Below the pieces are notes generated by a model. It saw nothing but the letters and a program-made list of their open reading frames with translations, ran no database searches and was not told the DNA's origin. The translations under genes and the position numbers were made by a program. From NCBI GenBank assembly GCA_018883975.1, contig JAHLFD010000245.1:1-51692 (forward strand): a stretch of 51,692 bases of DNA. The letters run 5' to 3'. The stretch's first letter is position 1, and the number at the start of each line of letters is the position of its first letter. Source of the stretch: Candidatus Niameybacter stercoravium. GTDB lineage: Bacteria; Bacillota; Clostridia; Lachnospirales; Cellulosilyticaceae. Positions 21,136-30,513 of the stretch are shown here, one piece after another.

Positions 21136-22482
21136 TTAATTCATTTCAAGTGTAGCAAGCTCTTTAAGGCAGTCTAGCATAAGGGGGAGTGTATGGTCAT
21201 CCAGGTGAGCTAAAGAAAGACGGAAGTATGTACATTTAGATTTTAAGGTAAACACTTCTCCTGGAGAGATAATAATATGATGTCTAAGAAAGCAATCATA
21301 GAAAGCTTCAGAAGAAATTCTAGTAGGCTTTATCCAAAAGAAAAGGCTACCTTTATGAGAATAAATTTCTAAAAGATGAGAAGCAGCAGAAAGTGCTTCA
21401 TAAACTTTTAGATAGGCAAGATAACTCTTTTCAATAATCTCCTGACGTATACTGCCTAGAGCATCAGATTCTAAATAAAAGTGAAGTAAACGCTCATTAA
21501 AAGTACAGGCTACAGGATCATTAATCTTTTTATGTAAGCTGTTCGGAAGAGCTATAAAAGTATACTGAAGTGGTGGCAAATAAAGTTTGGAAAAGTGATG
21601 GAGATAAATAACCTGACCATGAGAATCAAGTCTATAAAGAGGTTCTAGACATTCATGGCTATAGGTGAAATCACTTAATGTACCATCCTCAATAATATAA
21701 AAATGGTGTAAATGAGCTAGTTCTATAAGACGCTTTTTGCATTCAGGGCTATAAGAAATACCTGTAGGATTTTGGACATAAGAAGATACCCATATAAAAC
21801 CAATATGCTCTGTTTGAAGTTGCTTTTCAAGATAAGTTAGATCTAATCCATCTTCAGTAAGCGGTATTTCTATAATTTTAAAACCTAAAGAACGTAGAAA
21901 TGAGCTATAAGTTAAATCGTGATAAGCTTCTACACAGATAGTAGAAGAAGGATGCACCTTAAGTAAGTCTAATAGGAATGTGCAAAAATCTTTTGGAAAT
22001 CTAATTTGAGCAGGCGTGGTCATAATACCTACAGACTTAAAGAACTGGCAGATACTTTGTCTAAGAAGATTACGTTCTCTGTAGAGAGGGTCAGAAAAAG
22101 CCCCCCAGCCTTCAAGTGCGATAATTTGCTCAGTGAGCTGTGTAATAAGAGAGGTAGGAAAGTAGTCTTTATTAAAAGAAAGTGTACTGCAAGATATAGT
22201 CTGAGGATTAGTTTCAGACTCATAATCTTTTTGAGAGGTAAGCGGACTCACATAAGTACCACTACCTACATGTGCTACAACTAGCCCCTGATTTTCTAGA
22301 ACCTTATAGGCATTAACAACTGTGTCACGATTAATTTTAAGCTTACGAGAAAGTGTACGTATGGTAGGAAGCTTAGTGCGCTCTGGAATTTCGCCTATTT
22401 TAATAAGGTGAGAAAGTTCACTGGCTAGCTGTATATATAAAGGGGTTGGATCAGATTTAGAAAGATGAATTGTACAAAACAT
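21136..22482 (-). CDS. MocR/GabR-family regulator (GntR HTH plus aminotransferase-like domain)
   Basis: PLYIQL...KLPTIR.L...INRDTV..AY..L...GSGTYV; QNPTG, IIED, FSK; start moved to 22482. Confidence 0.85.
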   Translation of the reverse strand: MFCTIHLSKSDPTPLYIQLASELSHLIKIGEIPERTKLPTIRTLSRKLKINRDTVVNAYKVLENQGLVVAHVGSGTYVSPLTSQKDYESETNPQTISCSTLSFNKDYFPTSLITQLTEQIIALEGWGAFSDPLYRERNLLRQSICQFFKSVGIMTTPAQIRFPKDFCTFLLDLLKVHPSSTICVEAYHDLTYSSFLRSLGFKIIEIPLTEDGLDLTYLEKQLQTEHIGFIWVSSYVQNPTGISYSPECKKRLIELAHLHHFYIIEDGTLSDFTYSHECLEPLYRLDSHGQVIYLHHFSKLYLPPLQYTFIALPNSLHKKINDPVACTFNERLLHFYLESDALGSIRQEIIEKSYLAYLKVYEALSAASHLLEIYSHKGSLFFWIKPTRISSEAFYDCFLRHHIIISPGEVFTLKSKCTYFRLSLAHLDDHTLPLMLDCLKELATLEMN

Positions 22483-22569
22483 ATAGACCTCCTTAATGCT
22501 ATCTAGTAGTAGAAAAGATAAGCTTTTATAAAGTATATTAGAAAGTCTACAAAAATATAGCAACCTCTT

Positions 22570-23616
22570 TTAAGAAGTTGCTGTTTTACCCCATTTCTTC
22601 AACATACGAATATCATCACCAAAGAATCTAAAGGCAATATATTCTCCAAAGATACGGGAGAGAATACGCTCAGAATAAAGATTCTTCCAGTCTTCGAGAG
22701 GAAGGTTTGTTGAAATAATGGTAGAAGTATTATTAAGTGCTCTTGTATTAATAACATGGAAGAGATCAGGTGCTGTAAAGCTGTTTGTTGCCTCTGTTCC
22801 GAAATCATCTATAATAAGTAAATCTACTGTAAGTAAAATATCTAGGTTATTTTTTGCATCCTCTTCCATATCTTCACGATGGAATCTAGATTCTTCAAAA
22901 AGTTTAAAGAGTTCTTGAGCACTTAAGTAGAGAACACTATAACCAAGATTTAATAATTCTCTTGCAATACAGTTACATAAGAAGGTTTTACCTAGTCCTG
23001 TAGGACCATGGAATAAAAGATTTGTTCTTTTAAAACCGAACTGTTCTACAAAGTCTATAGATGCACGGTAAACACGTTCAATATTTCTTCTAGGAGAAGT
23101 ACCATAGGTCTCATCTATAGCATCAGAATAGTAATCAAATCTAAAGGATGAAAAGTTTTGATTAGCCGTTAAAGCTTTCATATTAGATTGGGTACAAGCC
23201 ATGTTAATTAAAGCTTGTTCAAAACATTTACAAGGTTTATGGTGAGCATATTCACTTGCGATGCTGTCAGGTTTTGAAATATCACTAATGAATCCTGTAT
23301 CTTTACAAATAGAACATTCATAATGTGTATCTAAGTAATCAACGGGGTAACCATGTTCAACTAAAAGTTGCTTTTTACTACGTAGAAGCTCTTCGTTCTT
23401 TTTACGAAAATCCTCTAATAGGTTCTGAGGAGAAGTACTAAGCGCACTTTTAACGAGATTAATCCCTAATCGATTTAAGGATCTATCAATTACCTCGATA
23501 TCTGGAATTTTAGTGTAGATCTCTCTTTCACGATTGCGTTTTTCTTCAGCTGCACGTGTACGCTTTTGGTCATATTCTTTTATAAGAAGCTTATATTGAA
23601 TTTCTCTATTGGTCAT
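22570..23616 (-). CDS. DnaC/DnaI-like AAA+ helicase loader
   Basis: Coiled-coil N terminus, CSICKDTG...CKC zinc motif, Walker A GPTGLGKT, Walker B LLIIDDFG, STN, SRI. Confidence 0.85.
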   Translation of the reverse strand: MTNREIQYKLLIKEYDQKRTRAAEEKRNREREIYTKIPDIEVIDRSLNRLGINLVKSALSTSPQNLLEDFRKKNEELLRSKKQLLVEHGYPVDYLDTHYECSICKDTGFISDISKPDSIASEYAHHKPCKCFEQALINMACTQSNMKALTANQNFSSFRFDYYSDAIDETYGTSPRRNIERVYRASIDFVEQFGFKRTNLLFHGPTGLGKTFLCNCIARELLNLGYSVLYLSAQELFKLFEESRFHREDMEEDAKNNLDILLTVDLLIIDDFGTEATNSFTAPDLFHVINTRALNNTSTIISTNLPLEDWKNLYSERILSRIFGEYIAFRFFGDDIRMLKKWGKTATS

Positions 23617-23617
23617 A

Positions 23618-24685
23618 CTAGTTTCCTCCATACATCTTCTCTATATATTCACGTTCACGTTTTTCAAGTTCTGCTAAATCCCAATTGTGAGAATAAGTCG
23701 TCGTGAAATGTGGATTTTTACTTTTAGCTTTTGAAGTCACAGGACCTGCTTGCTGCTCTTTTTCTTTAGTGTGATTTTTATCTAAACGTTCGATATCTTC
23801 AACGGTTTTAATTCCTTTGTCGTGCCACTTATCTAAAATGGAACCTAAGTAGTTAAGGCTTGGAGATGAAGAATAAGTTACAGTACGATTACATGCTTCT
23901 AGTATAACCGATAAATCAAAGGCATAATCAGTAAGCCATTTATCAAGAAGTTTACGTTGGTGTTTTGTAATCGTTTCTCCGGTCATTCCGAGTGCTTTTA
24001 AAATAGTACGATATTTTTTAGTAACAGCCGCTTGAGCTTTAGCACTTTCTACAGTAGTAATACCTTGATCCACCCACCCTAATGCAACTTTCTCTATGTA
24101 GCGTATATGGGTGTGATTATTAGAAGTGCAGTATTCTACTAAGTATTCAATTAAATCAAGAGGGAGATTGAGCCAGTCGTAAAGACCATACAGTACTTGC
24201 TGATCTGTAGCAGAAAGTAATCTACCTAAGTATTTTTCACAGATTGTGAATAAGTTAGAAATGGAAGCATGTTCTTGACAGTAGAGGCTTAACTCATCAG
24301 CAGAATAATGAGGTCTAGTCTGTTGAATGAAAGTTCTAGGTGCAGCAGTAGCAGCTATAGGGACTTCAGGAGATTTAGTTTCCATTTCAGGCTTTGTTTC
24401 AGCAAAGCTTAACTCAAATTCATCTTCTGTTAAAAGTTTAAATGTAAGGACACCTGTTGTATTCCAGTATTCTAAAGCAGTAATAAGCTCTGAGTGGAGC
24501 ATGTCTAGGTCTTTTGCGATATCTTCAAGCTGAATACCTTCTTGGGCTGGATTCTGATAGATTGCTAACATATAAAGGTAAACTTTAACGTAGCCACCTA
24601 ATGCTTGTGGCATATAATCCATAGCGAACCAGTAAGGAACAGAAAAAGATGTGGGAGTATTTGAGATAAACTTTACATATGCCAA
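23618..24685 (-). CDS. DnaD/DnaB_2 domain primosomal protein
   Basis: YVKVYLY winged-helix region, two DnaB_2 repeats (RYIEKVALGW, NYLGSILDKW); TTG start at 24685 after AAGGAGG. Confidence 0.85.
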   Translation of the reverse strand: MAYVKFISNTPTSFSVPYWFAMDYMPQALGGYVKVYLYMLAIYQNPAQEGIQLEDIAKDLDMLHSELITALEYWNTTGVLTFKLLTEDEFELSFAETKPEMETKSPEVPIAATAAPRTFIQQTRPHYSADELSLYCQEHASISNLFTICEKYLGRLLSATDQQVLYGLYDWLNLPLDLIEYLVEYCTSNNHTHIRYIEKVALGWVDQGITTVESAKAQAAVTKKYRTILKALGMTGETITKHQRKLLDKWLTDYAFDLSVILEACNRTVTYSSSPSLNYLGSILDKWHDKGIKTVEDIERLDKNHTKEKEQQAGPVTSKAKSKNPHFTTTYSHNWDLAELEKREREYIEKMYGGN

Positions 24686-24767
24686 AGCGTGCGCCTCCTT
24701 TAAACGAAATATTATTGTGTTAGTATTATAGCACAAAAAATAAAAAATAGTATGGGGCAAAAAATAA

Positions 24768-24791
24768 AATCCCCTTAATTTTAAGGGGATT
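24768..24791 (-). terminator. murC terminator
   Basis: AATCCCCTTAA/TTAAGGGGATT inverted repeat followed by a T-rich tract on the minus strand. Confidence 0.8.
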
Positions 24792-24792
24792 A

Positions 24793-24868
24793 TGAGGATA
24801 AGCTGTTAATAAGTAAATAAATATATTCACATGACTTATGAACAGGTGCCTGTGGATAATGTGGATAA
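24793..24868. promoter_or_regulatory. DnaA-box cluster
   Basis: Two perfect tandem TGTGGATAA (24851-24859, 24860-24868) and four one-mismatch boxes (24793, 24804, 24823, 24836). Confidence 0.85.
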
Positions 24869-24869
24869 C

Positions 24870-26252
24870 TTAGTTTCCAAGTAAAATATCAGCTATTTGA
24901 TTTACGTTACCAGCGCCCATGGTTATAATCAAATCGCCTGGTACACAATGTTCCAACAAATAATCTGCAATTTCGCCAAAATCTGATATATACACAGCTG
25001 TCTGTTCTGTTCTGTGGATTTTGTTGATAATATCTTGTGCATGGATATCCCCAGGATTTTTTTCCCTTGCTGCGTAAATATCTGTTACAATAAGACAATC
25101 TACTGCAGAGAGCACTTTAGCAAAGTCATCTAAGAAAGCTTTTGTACGTGTATAAGTGTGTGGTTGGAAGACAACAAAAAGTCGATTATGTGGATAATCT
25201 GCGGCTACTTTTAAAGTGGCTGCGATTTCAGTAGGATGATGTGCATAGTCATCAACAATCGTAACACCATGTATGTTACCTTTAATTTCAAAACGTTGAT
25301 CAGGACCTGTAAAGAGCGTAAGGCCTAGATTAACTTGATTAATATCTATTTTAAGGAAGTGACAGACAGCACATACAGATAAACAGTTAAGGACGTTATG
25401 CATACCAGGAACATGTAGATTAATGTGACCTTTATGCTCACCTTTATAATAAACATCGAAAGAAGCACATGCTTTCTCGTTAAGATGGATATTTTTAGCA
25501 TGCCAGTCAAAACTTTCATCAAGACCAAATGTTTCTACCTTACAAATCATATCATCAATAAGTTCTTTTACATGATCGATATGACCATTGATAGCTAAGA
25601 AGCCATCCCAAGGAATAAGCTTGCCGAAATTTGTAAAAGAGCCACGAATTTGATGAATATCTTTAAAGTAATCCATATGATCTTCTTCCACATTTAAAAT
25701 GACACCAATCTTAGGAAAGAAGTTTAGAAAACTGTCACAGTACTCACAAGCCTCAGTAACAAAGTATTCGCTACCACCTAATCGGATATTACCTTGAATA
25801 GATTTAAGCATGCCTCCTACAGTAATAGTAGGATTAAGACCAGCATCCATAAGAATTTCAGAAAGCATAGAGGTTGTTGTTGTTTTTCCATGCGTTCCGG
25901 AAACACAAATTGGATAGTCATAAGTTTTCATAAGTGCACCTAAAAATTCTGCACGTACTAGTGTAGGAATCTTGTGAGCTCTAGCAGCAATTAGCTCTGG
26001 GTTGTCATCATGGACAGCTGCTGTATAAACAACTAAATCAATATTATTTGTAATATTTGAACTACTATGAGTAGGAAAAACTTCAATACCTAGGGACTCA
26101 AGGTGCTTGACTGTAGCAGAAGTTTTCATATCAGAACCTGTTACCGTATGGCCACGGTCATGCATGATTTCAGCAAGTCCGCTCATACTAATACCACCAA
26201 TTCCAATAAAATGAATATGATGTTTGCTTGTAATTGCACTAAAATCTATCAT
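24870..26252 (-). CDS. murC: UDP-N-acetylmuramate--L-alanine ligase
   Basis: HFIGIGGISMSGLA, GTHGKTTTT, EACEY, DDYAHHPTEI, FQPHTYTR. Confidence 0.97.
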   Translation of the reverse strand: MIDFSAITSKHHIHFIGIGGISMSGLAEIMHDRGHTVTGSDMKTSATVKHLESLGIEVFPTHSSSNITNNIDLVVYTAAVHDDNPELIAARAHKIPTLVRAEFLGALMKTYDYPICVSGTHGKTTTTSMLSEILMDAGLNPTITVGGMLKSIQGNIRLGGSEYFVTEACEYCDSFLNFFPKIGVILNVEEDHMDYFKDIHQIRGSFTNFGKLIPWDGFLAINGHIDHVKELIDDMICKVETFGLDESFDWHAKNIHLNEKACASFDVYYKGEHKGHINLHVPGMHNVLNCLSVCAVCHFLKIDINQVNLGLTLFTGPDQRFEIKGNIHGVTIVDDYAHHPTEIAATLKVAADYPHNRLFVVFQPHTYTRTKAFLDDFAKVLSAVDCLIVTDIYAAREKNPGDIHAQDIINKIHRTEQTAVYISDFGEIADYLLEHCVPGDLIITMGAGNVNQIADILLGN

Positions 26253-26356
26253 ATAATTATCCTTCCAATCTTTATAAAATATTTCTATACAGTATTATAC
26301 TATAAGGAGTGAATAACGTGTACTTAAATTATTAGGTAAAACTACAAGGTAATAAC

Positions 26357-26414
26357 AAAATATTCGAATATTTTATAATACATACATTGAAATATTCGGG
26401 TTATGATGTATAAT
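26357..26414 (+). promoter_or_regulatory. purR promoter with a PurBox-like pair (probable autoregulation)
   Basis: Palindrome AAAATATTCGAATATTTT (26357-26374); second inverted CGAA box AATATTCGGGTT inside TTGAAA-16 bp-TATAAT. Confidence 0.65.
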
Positions 26415-26448
26415 AAAGCTAATGATAACAATAAAGGAGCTATGGGCA

Positions 26449-27261
26449 ATGAGAAAAGTTCAAAAAAACGAGAGAATAGGGGTTATATCAAGTATTCTGA
26501 CGGATAACCCAAATCAAATTTTTACCCTGACTCATTTTTGTGAAGTATTTAATTGTGCGAAATCTACAATAAGTGAAGATATAGATGTAATTAAAGAGAT
26601 CTTTAGTAATTATCAGTTAGGAACTATAGAGACAGTGGCTGGTGCAGCAGGTGGTGTATATTATAATCCACTTATGAATCATGAACAGATTAAAAACTTT
26701 ACAGATGAACTATGTGAGATTATTGATCATCCAGATCGTATCATTCCAAGTGGTTATATTTATACGAATGATTTACTTTATTCTCCTCAAATTTCAAAAA
26801 AAATAGGGACAGCACTTGCTAGTTTATTTAATGGACAAGAGATAGATTATGTTGTAACTGTGGAAACAAAAGGTATTCCTATTGCGCTTATGACAGCAAG
26901 AGCGCTTAATAAGCCTATGGTAGTTGTAAGAAATCAAAGTAAACTTACGGATGGTACAGTAATTTACATGAATTACATTACTGGAAGTAACAACCGTATT
27001 AAAACAATGTGTTTACCTACAAGAGCTATTAAAAAAGGCTCTAAAGTTCTATTTATTGATGACTTTATGAAAGCTGGAGGTACAGCAAAAGGTATCATTG
27101 ATTTAATGCAAGAGTTCCAAGCTGAGATGGTGGGTGTAGGTGTGCTTATGGCGACTAAAGAACCCCATAATAAACTTGTGGATGATTTTAAAACTTTAGT
27201 ATGGATTGATAATATGGATGAAGCAAATAAAAAAATGCATATCTATAGTGCTTTTAAATAA
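26449..27261 (+). CDS. purR: Bacillus-type pur operon repressor PurR
   Basis: AKSTISED winged helix, ETVAGAAGGV, TVETKGIP, PRPP motif IDDFMKAGGT; start moved to 26449. Confidence 0.95.
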   Translation: MRKVQKNERIGVISSILTDNPNQIFTLTHFCEVFNCAKSTISEDIDVIKEIFSNYQLGTIETVAGAAGGVYYNPLMNHEQIKNFTDELCEIIDHPDRIIPSGYIYTNDLLYSPQISKKIGTALASLFNGQEIDYVVTVETKGIPIALMTARALNKPMVVVRNQSKLTDGTVIYMNYITGSNNRIKTMCLPTRAIKKGSKVLFIDDFMKAGGTAKGIIDLMQEFQAEMVGVGVLMATKEPHNKLVDDFKTLVWIDNMDEANKKMHIYSAFK

Positions 27262-27291
27262 CAACTAGATTAAATCTAGTTGTTATTTTTT
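27256..27291 (+). terminator. Intrinsic terminator
   Basis: AAATAACAACTAGAT-TAA-ATCTAGTTGTTATTTT. Confidence 0.85.
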
Positions 27292-27535
27292 ATGCGATAA
27301 ATTGTTTTTGATAGGAATCATAAAACACATAATATTCATATACAGTATACGAGGTAGACTTAAAAAAAATTCTTATAGCTTATAAAACCTAAAAGAATCA
27401 TAGAAATTCCTGTATATATAAGAAAAAATATAAACTACAAAAAATGTAAAAAACTTGAAGAAATTATATTTGAATGGTATAGTCTAATTAGTTAAAATTT
27501 TTTAATTAAGTATAAACAAATATGGAGGGGTGTGC

Positions 27536-28798
27536 ATGGGAAAAACGGAAATGATGGCAATGCTACTTGCGGGTGGACAAGGAAGTCGCCTAGGGATTTT
27601 AACAAAAGAGATTGCAAAGCCAGCAGTTATGTTTGGTGGTAAATATCGCATTATTGATTTTCCACTAAGCAATTGTATTAATTCAGGGGTTTACACAGTA
27701 GGGGTACTTACACAATATGAGCCACTTATTTTAACGAAACATATTGGAATAGGAACGCCATGGGATTTAGACAGAAGTAATGAAGGGGTGACAATGCTTT
27801 CACCTTTTGTAAAGGGAAATCAAGGGGAGTGGTACTCAGGTACTGCAAATGCTATTTACCAAAACATTAGATTTATTGATAGCTATGATCCAGAATATGT
27901 ACTTATTTTATCAGGGGACCATGTATATAAGATGGATTATAGTAAGATGTTAGACTTCCATAAGGAACATAATGCAGATGCAACCATCGCTGTTATGGAA
28001 GTAAGTTATGAAGACGCTAAACAGTTTGGGATCATGAATACAGATGAGGCAGATAAAATTATAGAGTTTGAAGAAAAACCACCAGTTCCAAAAAGTAATT
28101 TAGCATCTATGGGGATTTATATCTTTTCATGGCCAGCTTTAAGACAAGCTCTTATTATAGATCATGAGAAGCATGAAGATAGTGATTTTGGAAAGCATAT
28201 CATTCCAATGTTTATTGAAGAAGAGAAGGAAGTATTTGCTTATCGATTTAACGATTATTGGAAGGATATTGGAACAATAGATGCTTATTGGGAAGCTAAT
28301 ATTGAGCTTACTCATACGCTGCCTGAGTTTAATCTTTATGATGAATTCTGGAAAATTTATACCAATATAGATCATCAACCACCACAATTTATAAATGATA
28401 CAGCTATTGTAGAAAAAGCATTACTTTCAGAGGGATGTGAGATATCTGGCAAGGTTTACAATTCAGTCATCGGGCCAAGGGTAATTATTGAGGAAGATGC
28501 TATGGTCATTAATTCCATCATTATGCAAGATACTATTGTAAAACGAGGGACAGTTATAGAAAGAGGTATTGTATCTGAAAAATGTATTATAGGAGAAAAT
28601 ACATATATTGGACAAGGGGAAAATATCCCACATGAGACCAAAGCACATATTTATCATAATGGTATTACGGCAATAGGGGCATATACCAATATTCCTGAGA
28701 ATGTAGTGATTGGAAAAAATTGTGAAGTTAGCGGAAATACTACAAAAGAACATTATCAAAACGGTAAGCTTGAAAGCGGCCGTTCACTTATTGTATAG
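27536..28798 (+). CDS. glgC: Glucose-1-phosphate adenylyltransferase catalytic subunit
   Basis: LAGGQGSRL...[21 protein letters not shown]; GTANAIYQN; SGDH; EKP; YWKDIGT. Confidence 0.95.
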   Translation: MGKTEMMAMLLAGGQGSRLGILTKEIAKPAVMFGGKYRIIDFPLSNCINSGVYTVGVLTQYEPLILTKHIGIGTPWDLDRSNEGVTMLSPFVKGNQGEWYSGTANAIYQNIRFIDSYDPEYVLILSGDHVYKMDYSKMLDFHKEHNADATIAVMEVSYEDAKQFGIMNTDEADKIIEFEEKPPVPKSNLASMGIYIFSWPALRQALIIDHEKHEDSDFGKHIIPMFIEEEKEVFAYRFNDYWKDIGTIDAYWEANIELTHTLPEFNLYDEFWKIYTNIDHQPPQFINDTAIVEKALLSEGCEISGKVYNSVIGPRVIIEEDAMVINSIIMQDTIVKRGTVIERGIVSEKCIIGENTYIGQGENIPHETKAHIYHNGITAIGAYTNIPENVVIGKNCEVSGNTTKEHYQNGKLESGRSLIV

Positions 28799-28810
28799 GG
28801 GAGGCATACT

Positions 28811-29920
28811 ATGAAAGCTGTAGGAATTGTATTAGCAGGTGGAAAAAGAAATGCACTTGGAGCACTTACCATGCAACGTAACGTAGCAGCTATTCCTATT
28901 GGAGGATCTTATAGAGCTATTGATTTTGCATTAAGTAATTTAAGTAATTCTGGTATTAAAAAGGTAGCAGTTGTATGCCAGCATAATACAAGGTCATTAA
29001 CAGACCATATTACTTCTTCTAAATGGTGGGGATTTGGACGTAAAAAGACAGGGCTCTTTTTATTTACACCTCATATGATTAGTGCAGAAACATTTAGTTA
29101 TAGAGGAACAGCAGATGCTATTTATCAAAATATAGATTTTCTTAAGAAAAGTAATGAGCCTTATGTTGTTATCACAGCAGGTGAGCAAGTCACCAAGATG
29201 GACTATAATAAAGTCATTAAATATCACATAGAAAAAGGTGCAGATATTACGGTCGTATGTAAGGATATGGGGAATTTTGATGTAAGAGATTATGGGGTAG
29301 TAGAACTAGATGAAGGATCAAGACTGATCAATCTAGAAGAAAAACCTCTAGAACCTCAACATACAACTGTATCTTTAGGAACTTACGTAATAGGTAGAGA
29401 ACTTCTTATTCATCTATTAGAAGAACTTGAGACTGAAGCACGTTATAACATTGTAAGTGATATTCTTATTCGTTATAGGCGTAAACTTAAAATTTATGGA
29501 TATATGTTTACAGGATACTGGAAAACAGTTAAAGATATAGAAGCATTTTATAACATCAACATGGATTTCTTAAACGCTGAAGTGCGTACATTATTATTCA
29601 AAACATCACCACATATTTACACAAAAGCTAAAGATGAGCCACCAGCAAAATTCAATGCTCATTCTAATATTTCTAATAGTATTATAAGCGGTGGAGATAT
29701 TATTAATGGAACGGTAGAGGAATCTGTAATCTTTAGAAAAGCATTTGTTGGAGAAAATGCTGTTATTAAAAATTCTATTATTATGGAAGGATGTACAATT
29801 GGGAGAGGTGCTGTGTTGGAAAACGTCATTTTAGATAAACAAGTTTATGTTTCAGAGGGGCAAAGGCTCATTGGAACACCTAATGATATCCTAGTTTATC
29901 CTAAGAGAAGTATTATATAA
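28811..29920 (+). CDS. glgD: Glucose-1-phosphate adenylyltransferase subunit GlgD
   Basis: Degenerate GlgC paralogue (YRAIDFALSNLSNSG) directly after glgC. Confidence 0.9.
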   Translation: MKAVGIVLAGGKRNALGALTMQRNVAAIPIGGSYRAIDFALSNLSNSGIKKVAVVCQHNTRSLTDHITSSKWWGFGRKKTGLFLFTPHMISAETFSYRGTADAIYQNIDFLKKSNEPYVVITAGEQVTKMDYNKVIKYHIEKGADITVVCKDMGNFDVRDYGVVELDEGSRLINLEEKPLEPQHTTVSLGTYVIGRELLIHLLEELETEARYNIVSDILIRYRRKLKIYGYMFTGYWKTVKDIEAFYNINMDFLNAEVRTLLFKTSPHIYTKAKDEPPAKFNAHSNISNSIISGGDIINGTVEESVIFRKAFVGENAVIKNSIIMEGCTIGRGAVLENVILDKQVYVSEGQRLIGTPNDILVYPKRSII

Positions 29921-29992
29921 CACATTAAAAATAGAAAAATTACGATAATACACTATTTTTATGCATTTTTATTAATAAAGGTTAAAAAAATA

Positions 29993-30021
29993 TTGATTAT
30001 TGTTTAAAAATCGTATATAAT
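29993..30021 (+). promoter_or_regulatory. SigA-type promoter of spoVG
   Basis: TTGATT-17 bp-TATAAT with upstream A tract. Confidence 0.65.
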
Positions 30022-30095
30022 TTAAAATATAATACACAGGTTAGCTAAAGGATGGGGACACCTTGGCTCGACTTTAAAAACAGGAGGGTTTGCTA

Positions 30096-30401
30096 ATGGA
30101 AATCACAGATATCAGGGTCAGAAAAATAAATAAAGAAGGGAAGATGAAAGCAGTAGTTTCTGTTACATTTGATAATGAATTCGTAGTTCATGATATCAAA
30201 GTAATCGAAGGCGACAAAGGTAGCTTTATTGCAATGCCAAGTCGCAAAACTCTAGATGGTGAATTTAGAGATATTGCTCATCCAATTAACTCTGAAACAC
30301 GTGATCGTATCCAAAAGACAGTACTTGAAAAGTATGAGATGGTACTTCTTTCAGATGACGATATTGTAAGTGACGAAGTAGCAGTTTCAGAAGAGTACTA
30401 A
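30096..30401 (+). CDS. spoVG: SpoVG
   Basis: [10 protein letters not shown]...FVVHDIKVI...FIAMPSRK...FRDIAHPIN. Confidence 0.97.
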   Translation: MEITDIRVRKINKEGKMKAVVSVTFDNEFVVHDIKVIEGDKGSFIAMPSRKTLDGEFRDIAHPINSETRDRIQKTVLEKYEMVLLSDDDIVSDEVAVSEEY

Positions 30402-30404
30402 AAT

Positions 30405-30448
30405 AAAAGGCATCTCTTAGACATAGAATACTAAGAGGTGCTTTTTTT
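30405..30448 (+). terminator. Intrinsic terminator
   Basis: GGCATCTCTTAG...CTAAGAGGTGCT followed by T tract. Confidence 0.8.
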
Positions 30449-30513
30449 AGCGCCTCTACTTGCGTAAAATAATAAGAAATGAGAAAATAAGGTTAGCAAA
30501 ATTGTGAGAGGAT

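Noticed and set aside
22570-24685. DnaD plus IstB/DnaC-like ATPase as prophage or IS21 module
   Set aside because: No integrase, transposase, terminal repeats or phage genes; context fits the chromosomal clostridial primosome pair.
24768-24870. DnaA-box cluster as oriC
   Set aside because: No dnaA/dnaN adjacent, no DnaA-trio run next to the tandem boxes, and dominant gene orientation stays + on both sides.
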